From NCBI GenBank assembly GCA_046154125.1, contig JBJXEJ010000118.1:10072-74071 (forward strand): 64,000 nucleotides of DNA, read 5' to 3'. The position numbers and the translations under genes are program-made. Below, in pieces: positions 56,569 through 64,000 of this stretch (position 1 is its first letter; each line of letters opens with the position of its first letter). Source of the stretch: Rhizobacter sp. (lineage in GTDB: Bacteria > Pseudomonadota > Gammaproteobacteria > Burkholderiales > Burkholderiaceae_C). The notes beneath the pieces were generated by a model, which saw only the letters and a program-made list of their open reading frames with translations, ran no database searches and was not told the origin of the DNA.

Positions 56569-59352
56569 ATGGGTTCCCTGCACTCCGACACCACTGCGAA
56601 ATCCAGTCCCGCAGACCCGGCCCCCGGCGCAGCGGCCCGCCCGGCGCGCGCCGACCACAGTCGCTTCGTCCAGCGCATCCGCCGCCGGTATGTCGACGAG
56701 TTGTCCCTGCTGCCTGAAGGCCTTCCGCGCAGCGCGGTCATCGCCGCGCTGATCAACCGGCTCGTCGCTGACGGCCGTTCGCTGGTCAGTGCGCTGCGCG
56801 TGACACGCCAGCTCGTGCTCGAGCGGCTGGCAGTGCTCGACGTCGAGCAGGGTGCAGGCATGGCCGACATCACCCTGGCAATGACCGAGCTGGCCGAGAC
56901 CACGCTGGATGTGGCGCTTGCGAAGGCCATGGCCGAGCAGGACGAACGCTGTGGTCCGCCGCTGAACGCGGCCGGCCAGCGCATCGAGTTCTGGATCGTC
57001 GGCATGGGCAAGCTGGGCGCGCGCGAGTTGAACGTCTCCTCCGATATCGACCTGATCTACGTCTACGAGGACGGGGGCGAGACGCCCGGACCCCAGCGCG
57101 TGAGCGCACACGAGTATTTCTCGCAGGTGGTGCGCGGCTTGTATGCGCTGATCGGCGAGACGACCGAGGACGGCTTCGTGTTCCGCGTGGACCTCGCGCT
57201 GCGCCCGAACGGCAACTCCGGCCCACCGGTCGTCAGCCTGCCCATGCTGGAGGAGTACCTTCAGGCGCATGGCCGGGAGTGGGAGCGTTTCGCATGGCTG
57301 AAGAGCCGCGTCGTCGCACCTCGGTCCGGCCTCGAGACGCTGCAGATCCAGGCCCTGCGCAGCATGGTCAACGCCTTCGTCTACCGCCGCTATCTCGACT
57401 ACGGCGTGTTCGAAGGCCTGCGACAGCTGCACCGCAAGGTGCGCGACGAGGCACAGCGCCGCGCCGCGGGCCGGCCCGAACGCGCCAACGACGTGAAGCT
57501 GTCGCGCGGCGGCATCCGCGAGATCGAGTTCATCGTGCAGTTGCTGCTGGTCGTGCGCGGCGGGCAGTTCCCCGAGATCCGCACGCGCTCGACGCTGAAG
57601 GCACTCGACAAGCTCGCCGCCGGCGGCCTGATGAAGCCGGCCAGCGCCGCCCAGCTGGCCGAGGCGTACATTTTCCTGCGGCGCCTGGAGCATCGCATCC
57701 AGTTCCTCGACGACCAGCAGACGCATCTGTTGCCCACGTCCGACGCCGACCTGCGCTGGATCGCCGGCAGCCTGGGCATGCGCTGCACCGCCGATGCCTG
57801 CGAGCTGCTCGACCGGCTGTGCGAGACCCGCGAGTTCGTCGCCACAGAGTTCGACGCCTTGCTGCATGAGGGTCAGCCGGCACCCGCGAACCCGAATGGC
57901 GTCACCTGCCGCGGCTGTGTGCCGACCCTGCAGCCGGTCGACAGCGGTGACTTTCTCGCCAAGCTTCCCGAGGAGCTGGCGGCACGGGTCAAGCCGTGGT
58001 GCGACCATCCGAAGATCAAGGTGCTGCGCGACGAGAGCAAGGCGCGCCTGGCGAGGCTGGTGCTGCGCGCCGCTGACGCCGTGAAGGACGGTCGCTGCAC
58101 GATTGCCGCGGCAGCACGCTTCATCGATTGGCTGGAGCCTCTGCTTCGCCGCGAAAGCTATATTGCACTGCTGGCCGAGCGTCCGGAGGTGCAGAACCGG
58201 CTCTTGCGCCTGCTGGGCCTGGCGCGATGGCCGATCCGCTACCTGATGCTGCACCCGGGCGTCATCGATGAGCTGGCCGATGAACGGCTGCTGCACGGCC
58301 GCTTCGATGCGACCGAATTCACCGCCGACCTGGAAGCGCGCTACGCCGCCTGGGGCCGCTCGGGACAGGTCGACGAGGAAGCGCTGCTCGATACGCTGCG
58401 CCGTGCCCACCACGCAGAGGTATTTCGCACGCTGGTGCGTGATGTCGAAGGCCACATCACGGTCGAGCAGGTGGCCGACGATCTGTCCGCACTGGCCGAT
58501 GCCACGCTCGCCTGCGCGCTGCGCTGGGCCTGGAAGCACTTGAAGCAGCGGCATCGCGAGCAACCGCAGATCGCCGTCATTGCCTATGGCAAGCTCGGCG
58601 GCAAGGAGCTGGGTTATGGCAGCGACCTCGACGTGGTGTTCCTGTACGACGACGCCGGCGAGCCCGACGCCGACAAGGCCAGCGAGGTCTACGGCGCGTT
58701 CGTTCGCAAGCTGATCGGCTGGCTGACCCTGCGCACCGCGGCCGGCGAACTGTTCGACATCGATACCGCACTGCGACCGAATGGCGGCTCGGGGCTGCTC
58801 GTGACCTCGATAGCGAGCTTCGAGAAGTACCAGACCGGCCGAGGAAGCAATACGGCCTGGACCTGGGAGCACCAGGCGTTGACACGCGCACGCGTCTGCG
58901 CGGGAGACTCCGCCCTGACGATACCGTTCGACGAGGTGCGCCGCACGGTGCTGTCGGCGCCGCGCGATCCGGCGGGTCTTCGCGCCGAAGTGCGGGCGAT
59001 GCGCGACAAGGTTAGCGCAGCCCACCCGGTTCAGGGTGAAAGGTTCGACCTCAAGTACAGCCAGGGCGGGATGATGGATGTCGAGTTCGCCGTGCAGGTC
59101 CTGGTGCTCGAACACAGCCGGCTGCACCCGGAACTGATCCCCAACGTCGGCAACATCGCGTTGCTGCAAAGAGCCGAGGCAGCAGGGCTGTTGCCGCCGT
59201 CAGTCGGTGCCGCGGCAGCCGACGCGTACCGGGAACTGCGCCGGGCCCAGCATGCGGCGCGTCTCGACGAGCAACCAACCCAGGTGCCACTGGATGCCAT
59301 GCCCGAACAGCGCGCCGCGGTGCTGGCGCTCTGGCACGCGGTGTTCGGCTGA
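56569..59352 (+). CDS. glnE: Bifunctional glutamine synthetase adenylyltransferase/adenylyl-removing enzyme
   Basis: Two nucleotidyltransferase modules: GMGKLGARELNVSSDIDLIYVY and AYGKLGGKELGYGSDLDVVFLY. Confidence 0.95.
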   Translation: MGSLHSDTTAKSSPADPAPGAAARPARADHSRFVQRIRRRYVDELSLLPEGLPRSAVIAALINRLVADGRSLVSALRVTRQLVLERLAVLDVEQGAGMADITLAMTELAETTLDVALAKAMAEQDERCGPPLNAAGQRIEFWIVGMGKLGARELNVSSDIDLIYVYEDGGETPGPQRVSAHEYFSQVVRGLYALIGETTEDGFVFRVDLALRPNGNSGPPVVSLPMLEEYLQAHGREWERFAWLKSRVVAPRSGLETLQIQALRSMVNAFVYRRYLDYGVFEGLRQLHRKVRDEAQRRAAGRPERANDVKLSRGGIREIEFIVQLLLVVRGGQFPEIRTRSTLKALDKLAAGGLMKPASAAQLAEAYIFLRRLEHRIQFLDDQQTHLLPTSDADLRWIAGSLGMRCTADACELLDRLCETREFVATEFDALLHEGQPAPANPNGVTCRGCVPTLQPVDSGDFLAKLPEELAARVKPWCDHPKIKVLRDESKARLARLVLRAADAVKDGRCTIAAAARFIDWLEPLLRRESYIALLAERPEVQNRLLRLLGLARWPIRYLMLHPGVIDELADERLLHGRFDATEFTADLEARYAAWGRSGQVDEEALLDTLRRAHHAEVFRTLVRDVEGHITVEQVADDLSALADATLACALRWAWKHLKQRHREQPQIAVIAYGKLGGKELGYGSDLDVVFLYDDAGEPDADKASEVYGAFVRKLIGWLTLRTAAGELFDIDTALRPNGGSGLLVTSIASFEKYQTGRGSNTAWTWEHQALTRARVCAGDSALTIPFDEVRRTVLSAPRDPAGLRAEVRAMRDKVSAAHPVQGERFDLKYSQGGMMDVEFAVQVLVLEHSRLHPELIPNVGNIALLQRAEAAGLLPPSVGAAAADAYRELRRAQHAARLDEQPTQVPLDAMPEQRAAVLALWHAVFG

Positions 59353-59355
59353 TCG

Positions 59356-60030
59356 GTGACCGGTTCCCGCGCCGACACGACTCCAGCATCGGCCTGGGCC
59401 TGGATCGCCCTCGCGCTGGCGATGGCCGGCGCATCACTGATGGTGCACCTGGCCGGCGCAGGTGCGGCATCCAGAGCACCGTCTCCCTGGATGCAAGCGC
59501 TCGACTGGCAGCCCGCGCTCGCCCGGGCGGAACCGTGGCGCGCCTGGACTGCGGTGTTCGTGCATTACAGCGATCTGCATCTGGCAGCGAATCTGGCCGG
59601 ATCGCTGGCGGTGGCGGCCTGGGGCGCGGTCGCCCGCGTGCCGGGTCGCAGCGTCATCGCGTGGCTGATCGCGTGGCCGCTGGTTCAGTGGGGCCTGGCG
59701 ATGCAGCCCGAGTTGCGACACTACGGGGGGCTGTCAGGCGTGCTGCATGCGGGAGTTGCGGTGGTGGCAGTGCACCTGGCCTGCTCCGGGTCATGCGCCC
59801 AACGGCGCATCGCGGTGGCGGTGCTGGCGGTGCTGGTCGGCAAGCTGCTGTCCGAAACACCATGGGCCGGCCCGCTCAGCCACCCGCCGGGCTGGGACAT
59901 CGCGGTGGCGCCGGCTGCGCACGTCAGCGGTGTGCTGGCGGGAACGATCGTCTCGGTGTTGCTGGAGGGCGGATCACGCACCGTCGCAGCCGTGCGCGAG
60001 GCGCTTGAGGTGGTCGAAACCCACGGGTGA
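59356..60030 (+). CDS. Rhomboid family intramembrane serine protease (rhombosortase-like size)
   Basis: WRAWTAVFVHYSDLHLAANLAGS, catalytic Ser in GGLSGVLHAG and catalytic His in AAHVSGVLAG. About 6 TM segments. The GTG start is 3 nt after the glnE stop. Confidence 0.7.
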   Translation: MTGSRADTTPASAWAWIALALAMAGASLMVHLAGAGAASRAPSPWMQALDWQPALARAEPWRAWTAVFVHYSDLHLAANLAGSLAVAAWGAVARVPGRSVIAWLIAWPLVQWGLAMQPELRHYGGLSGVLHAGVAVVAVHLACSGSCAQRRIAVAVLAVLVGKLLSETPWAGPLSHPPGWDIAVAPAAHVSGVLAGTIVSVLLEGGSRTVAAVREALEVVETHG

Positions 60031-60059
60031 GGCAGCCCCCGGCGCTGTGCGAACGCTGC

Positions 60060-60533
60060 TCAGCCGCGGATGCGTTGCACCAGCGCCGTCGTCGAATGCC
60101 CATCGACGAACGGCAGCGCACGCGCATCACCGCCCCAGCTGCGCACCAGCACCGTTTCGGCCAGGGATTCGACGTCGTAATCCCCGCCTTTCACGTACCA
60201 CCGCGGGCGCACGCGCTTCAGCAACTCGACCGGTGTCGGCTCGTCGAAGCCGATCACCAGGCTGACGCTTTCGAGTGCGGCGAGGACACAGGCGCGATCC
60301 ACCTCCGTGTTCAGCGGCCGGTCCGGCCCCTTGCCGAGGCCGCGCGTCGACGCGTCGCTGTTGAGTCCGACCACGAGGCTGCCACCCAGGGCCCGCGCCT
60401 GCGCGAGGTACGTCACATGCCCCCGATGAAGGACGTCGAACACCCCGTTGGTGAACACGACGGGCTGCGGCAGCGCAGCCACGCGAGACTCGACCTCACC
60501 GAGTGCGCACAGCTTGTCGGTGAAGTCGCTCAT
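60060..60533 (-). CDS. hldC: D-glycero-beta-D-manno-heptose 1-phosphate adenylyltransferase (RfaE domain II type)
   Basis: Cytidylyltransferase fold signature FTNGVFDVLHRGHVTYL. Single domain of 157 aa. Confidence 0.85.
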   Translation of the reverse strand: MSDFTDKLCALGEVESRVAALPQPVVFTNGVFDVLHRGHVTYLAQARALGGSLVVGLNSDASTRGLGKGPDRPLNTEVDRACVLAALESVSLVIGFDEPTPVELLKRVRPRWYVKGGDYDVESLAETVLVRSWGGDARALPFVDGHSTTALVQRIRG

Positions 60534-60561
60534 GCCCTACGGCGACCTCGCGCCGCGCCGC

Positions 60562-61437
60562 TCAGACGGGCTGCGCAGCAGCCACCTTGGCAGCCGCGGC
60601 GATCGACGCGATGACTTCCTTGCGGTAGCGGTTGAGCTCCTGCACGGTCGCGAAGCTTCGCTCCATCAGCAGGCTCATGTTGTGCAGGATGCGGTCGACG
60701 ACCTTGCCTTCCCATTCGGCGTCGAACTGGATCTGTCGATCGAGCCAGGCTTCGAGCCAGACGGGATCGGGCAGACGGCTTTGCACGGTGTCGCGAGGGA
60801 AGAGGCTTTCGTTCACATGCAGGTTGGTCGGGTGCAATGCCTGCGCAGTACGACGGGCGCTGGCCATCAGCACGCCGACCTTGGCGAAGGCGAGTCGGGC
60901 CTCGTCGCCGACCTTGTTCAGCGCACGCTTCATGTAGCGAAGGTACGCACCGCCATGCCGTGCCTCGTCACGCGCCAGTGTTTCGTAGATCGCCTTGATC
61001 ACGGGCTCGGCGTGCCATTCGGCCGCACGTCGGTACCAGTGGTTGAGCCGGATCTCGCCGCAGAAATGCATCATCAGCGTCTCGAGCGCCGGGGCGGGAT
61101 CGAACTCGAAGCGCACCGCGTGCAGCTCGGCCTCGGTGGGCACCAGGTCGGGACGGAAACGGCGCAGGTACTCCATCAGCACCAGCGAGTGCTTCTGTTC
61201 CTCGAAGAACCACACGCTCATGAACGCCGAGAAGTCGCTGTCGTCGCGGTTGTCGCGCAGGAACATCTCGGTGGCGGGCAGAGCAGCCCATTCGGTGATC
61301 GCATTCATCTTGATCGTCTGCGCCTGCTCATCGGTCAGCTGACTGGCGTCGAAACGGTCCCACGGAATGTCCTTGTCCATGCTCCAGCGAACGGCTTCGA
61401 GCTGCTTGAAAAGTTCAGGGTAGAGCATCGTGGACAT
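60562..61437 (-). CDS. Ferritin-like di-iron carboxylate protein (acyl-ACP desaturase/R2-like fold)
   Basis: Two ExxH motifs: FFEEQKHS and ARDEARHG. The ATG at 61437 (MSTMLYPELF) is in frame with ORF 60562..61527. Confidence 0.65.
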   Translation of the reverse strand: MSTMLYPELFKQLEAVRWSMDKDIPWDRFDASQLTDEQAQTIKMNAITEWAALPATEMFLRDNRDDSDFSAFMSVWFFEEQKHSLVLMEYLRRFRPDLVPTEAELHAVRFEFDPAPALETLMMHFCGEIRLNHWYRRAAEWHAEPVIKAIYETLARDEARHGGAYLRYMKRALNKVGDEARLAFAKVGVLMASARRTAQALHPTNLHVNESLFPRDTVQSRLPDPVWLEAWLDRQIQFDAEWEGKVVDRILHNMSLLMERSFATVQELNRYRKEVIASIAAAAKVAAAQPV

Positions 61438-61523
61438 GATGAAAGCGACCTTTTTCGAGGTGCCTGAGTTTAGACGTGTTGACCTGCCGAAGCGCCCCGC
61501 AAGGCCGCGCCGCAGATGGACAT

Positions 61524-63098
61524 TCACAGGGTGTCGAGATTCTCCAGTACGCGCCGCGCATCGACGCGGATGCGCTCACGGTGCGCCGCATCCAATCGGG
61601 CCACGTTGCGGGCCATCAGGGCAGTGCGCGGATTGGCACTCAGTGCGACTTCGTGGCGATCGAGGAAGTTCCAGTACAGCGCGGTGTAGGGGCACAGCGG
61701 TCGGCCGGTGGTCCCCGCCGATTTCGCATCCGGCACGTAGGTGCAGCGGTCGCAGTGGTTGCTCATCCGCTGGATGTAGGCACCCGACGCGATGTACGGC
61801 TTGCTGGTGAAGCGACCACCATCAGCGTACAGCGCCATGCCGGCGACGTTGGGCAACTCGGCCCATTCCACCGCATCGACGTAGACCGCGAGGTACCACG
61901 CGGCGACCTGCTTCGGGTCGATCTCGGCGATCAGCCCGAAGAGGCCGGTCACCATCAGCCGCTGGATGTGGTGCGCGTAGCCGTACTGCAGCGTCTGCTC
62001 GATGGCGTCGCGCGCGCAGGCCATCTTGGTGTCGCCGGTCCAGAACCAACGCGGCAGCGGCCGCTGGTGACCGAAGTGGTTCGCCTCGGCCATCCCAGGC
62101 ATGTCGAGCCAGTAGACGCCGCGGATGAACTCGCGCCAGCCGAGGATCTGACGGATGAAGCCCTCGACACCGGCGAGCGGTGCGCGGCCGTCCCGGTAGG
62201 CGGCTTCAGCCGCAGCGATCACCTCGCGCGGGTCGAGCAGATGCAGGTTCAGGCTGCTGGCCAGCAGCGAGTGCCAGCCGAACGGCGTGCCAGACCACAT
62301 CGCATCCTGGTGATCGCCGAAATGGTCGAGCCGGCTGTCGATGAAGGTGTGCAGTGCACGCAGCGCCTCGACCCGCGTCACCGGCCAGGCAAAGTGCGCG
62401 AGCGAGCCAGGGTGGTCGGGAAACCGCTGAGTGATTTCGGCCAGTACCTCGCGCGTCAGCGCGTCGGGCTCGAAGGCTTCGGGCTGCGGGATCAGCCCCG
62501 GCCCGGCCTTCGGGTAGCCCTTGCGGTTTTCGGCGTCGAAGTTCCACCGCCCGCCTTCTGGCTCGCCGACCTTCGATGAGGTCTGGTCGAGCAGCACGCC
62601 GTGCAGGCGGCGCATCTCGCGATAGAAAAACTCCATCCGCAAGCCGGCCGCGTACCGGCCGGCCCATCGCGCAAAGTCGGCGCGCGAGCAGAGGAAGTGC
62701 GGGTCGTCGAGCAGATGCAGCGCAACGCCGGCTTCGCGCGCGGCGGCGGCGATGTCCTGCTGCAGACGCCATTCCCCCGGTTCCAGCAGATGCAGGGTCT
62801 TCGGCTGCAACCGGGCCAGCTGCCGCTCCAGGCGACCGGCGAGCGTCGGCTCGTCGCTGTCGCCCAGGCTCACGTAGTCCACCACGAAACCCGCGGAACG
62901 CAAGGCCTCCCGAAAGTGCCTCATCGCCGAAATGAACAGCGCAATGCGCGCCTGATGACTCCAGACGGCAGTCGCCTCGCCGGGCGCCTCGATCATCAGC
63001 ACGCGGTCGCGCGCCGGGTTGAAATCCGCGAGCGCCGGGCTGGCCAGCGTGAGCTGATCGCCGAGCACCAGAACCAGACGGCGCACCGGGTTGCTCAC
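61524..63098 (-). CDS. FeS-containing bacterial cryptochrome/photolyase family protein, (6-4) photolyase PhrB/CryB type
   Basis: The N-terminus matches the family of deoxyribodipyrimidine photolyase-related proteins (RLVLVLGDQL...). FAD-region motifs WREFIRGVYW and AHHIQRLMV are present. Four Cys residues are spaced as an FeS cluster ligand set (KMACARD, NHCDRCTY, RPLCPY). GTG 63098 overlaps the upstream stop (GTGA). Confidence 0.8.
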   Translation of the reverse strand: MSNPVRRLVLVLGDQLTLASPALADFNPARDRVLMIEAPGEATAVWSHQARIALFISAMRHFREALRSAGFVVDYVSLGDSDEPTLAGRLERQLARLQPKTLHLLEPGEWRLQQDIAAAAREAGVALHLLDDPHFLCSRADFARWAGRYAAGLRMEFFYREMRRLHGVLLDQTSSKVGEPEGGRWNFDAENRKGYPKAGPGLIPQPEAFEPDALTREVLAEITQRFPDHPGSLAHFAWPVTRVEALRALHTFIDSRLDHFGDHQDAMWSGTPFGWHSLLASSLNLHLLDPREVIAAAEAAYRDGRAPLAGVEGFIRQILGWREFIRGVYWLDMPGMAEANHFGHQRPLPRWFWTGDTKMACARDAIEQTLQYGYAHHIQRLMVTGLFGLIAEIDPKQVAAWYLAVYVDAVEWAELPNVAGMALYADGGRFTSKPYIASGAYIQRMSNHCDRCTYVPDAKSAGTTGRPLCPYTALYWNFLDRHEVALSANPRTALMARNVARLDAAHRERIRVDARRVLENLDTL

Positions 63099-63268
63099 GG
63101 CGTCGGGACCTCCCGGCGCGCGGCGTCCCGGCACCGGTCGGAACAATATTTCACTTCGTTCCAGTTCTTCGCCCAGGCCCGTCGCCAGACCATCGGCCGC
63201 TGGCACTGCACGCAGAGCTTGTCCGGCAGCGACGACTTGTTGCCACGGAATCCCGCTGCGGCCGGCAT
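63095..63268 (-). CDS. DUF2256 small zinc-ribbon-like protein
   Basis: KLCVQCQRPMVWRRAWAKNWNEVKYCSDRCR matches the DUF2256 pattern (CxxC...CxxxC). The ATG at 63268 is in frame with ORF 63095..63385. Confidence 0.7.
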   Translation of the reverse strand: MPAAAGFRGNKSSLPDKLCVQCQRPMVWRRAWAKNWNEVKYCSDRCRDAARREVPTP

Positions 63269-63975
63269 CAGACGCTGCCGTGTCGCCAGCGCTCGATCTG
63301 CGACCGGATGTCCTCGAGCGACGCGAACGCCATCACGCCATCGATCGTTCGGCGGTGCAGCACCGGTGCGGCCCCTCCGACCCACAGTTCGACCTCTGGC
63401 GGCAGCTTGCTGCGCAACTCGGTCAGCCCGTCGACCACCTGGTTGGGGTTCATGCAGCCCGTGAATCCCAGCGCAACGATGTCACTTCGGTGCGCCACCG
63501 CCGCCAGCGAGATGTCCCATACCGGCGTCTGCACACCCAGCGAAACCACGCGCGCACCTTCGAGGGCCAACAGGGCTTCCGCCAGCAGCAGGCCCAGGCT
63601 GTGCGGCTCGCCGGGCAGTGTGGTCAGCAACACGCGCGGACGGTCGAGCGCGGCGGCGTCCGGAAGTCCGCCGAGTGCCTGACGAAGAACCCCGTGCAGG
63701 CACTCGATGTACGAATGCTCCTCGAAGATCTCCAGCTGCCCGCGCATCCAGGCGTCGCCCACCATCGTATTCAGAGGCACCACCACTTCGATGACGAAGC
63801 GCGCCAGCCCGATCCGCATCTGCGTTTGCAGCAGCAGGCGACGCAACGCGTCCACATCATGCGAACGCATCAAGACCAGGCAGGACTTCAGGTCGGGGAC
63901 CGCGATGCAGTCCGCCGTCCGACGCGGCGCATCGACCGTGCTCGAACTGAGCTGGGTCAGCGCGTTCATGGACAT
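63268..63975 (-). CDS. Cobalamin (B12)-binding CarH/AerR-like photoreceptor domain protein (no HTH seen; frame open to the window edge)
   Basis: Wx9EH motif WMRGQLEIFEEH (63715-63750) and lower-ligand motif GEPHSLG (ExHxxG). The Rossmann-like part is RVVSLGVQTP...IVALGF. The reading frame upstream of ATG 63975 has no stop up to base 64000. Confidence 0.7.
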   Translation of the reverse strand: MSMNALTQLSSSTVDAPRRTADCIAVPDLKSCLVLMRSHDVDALRRLLLQTQMRIGLARFVIEVVVPLNTMVGDAWMRGQLEIFEEHSYIECLHGVLRQALGGLPDAAALDRPRVLLTTLPGEPHSLGLLLAEALLALEGARVVSLGVQTPVWDISLAAVAHRSDIVALGFTGCMNPNQVVDGLTELRSKLPPEVELWVGGAAPVLHRRTIDGVMAFASLEDIRSQIERWRHGSV

Positions 63976-64000
63976 CGGAACCAGCCGGCCTGGCCGATGT

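Overview
High-GC chromosomal segment (hand counts of single 60-nt lines give about 65% GC). Gene content and order look like Burkholderiales (Betaproteobacteria); this placement is inference only. I support about 52 protein-coding genes. I found no rRNA, tRNA, CRISPR array, transposase or integrase.

Core blocks: recG-oxyR-dps; a TonB-dependent receptor/YfiR/hybrid-kinase triad; prfC; pbpC with an alpha-2-macroglobulin gene and an M48 protease; moaC; sucCD; recX-recA with an SOS box; an OmpR-type two-component pair; an M20 peptidase; a C-N hydrolase with yhdP; glnE; a rhomboid protease; hldC; and a light-related block (B12-binding CarH-like protein, DUF2256, FeS-type 6-4 photolyase, di-iron ferritin-like protein).

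The accessory part lies between moaC and sucD (about 23.7-42.5 kb). It contains a sigma54-driven type IVa pilin gene. Downstream of the pilin come two PglL/TfpO-like O-oligosaccharyltransferases, a TfpX/TfpZ-like accessory protein, a TPR+GT41 (OGT/SPINDLY-like) glycosyltransferase and sugar-tailoring enzymes (NeuD-like acyltransferase, ATP-grasp ligase, PhyH oxygenase, DegT aminotransferase). Upstream of the pilin sit a class II cyclic-nucleotide phosphodiesterase, an FHA/PP2C/Hanks-kinase module, TerC and an orphan P450, chained to sucD by TGATG stop-start overlaps.

Most notable observations:
1. A single low-GC (about 43-45%) plus-strand gene sits inside the pilin island. It encodes an Amidohydrolase_2-like barrel that seems to have lost most metal ligands. 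It is bracketed by an intact ATP-grasp gene and a decayed copy of that gene's 3' half.
2. The roughly 2000-codon alpha-2-macroglobulin gene is cut by one in-frame TAA upstream of its CLEQ thioester.
3. A stand-alone CarH-type (Wx9EH) B12 domain is translationally coupled to DUF2256 and an FeS photolyase.

Many long ORFs in the track are antisense shadow ORFs typical of high-GC DNA and were rejected.
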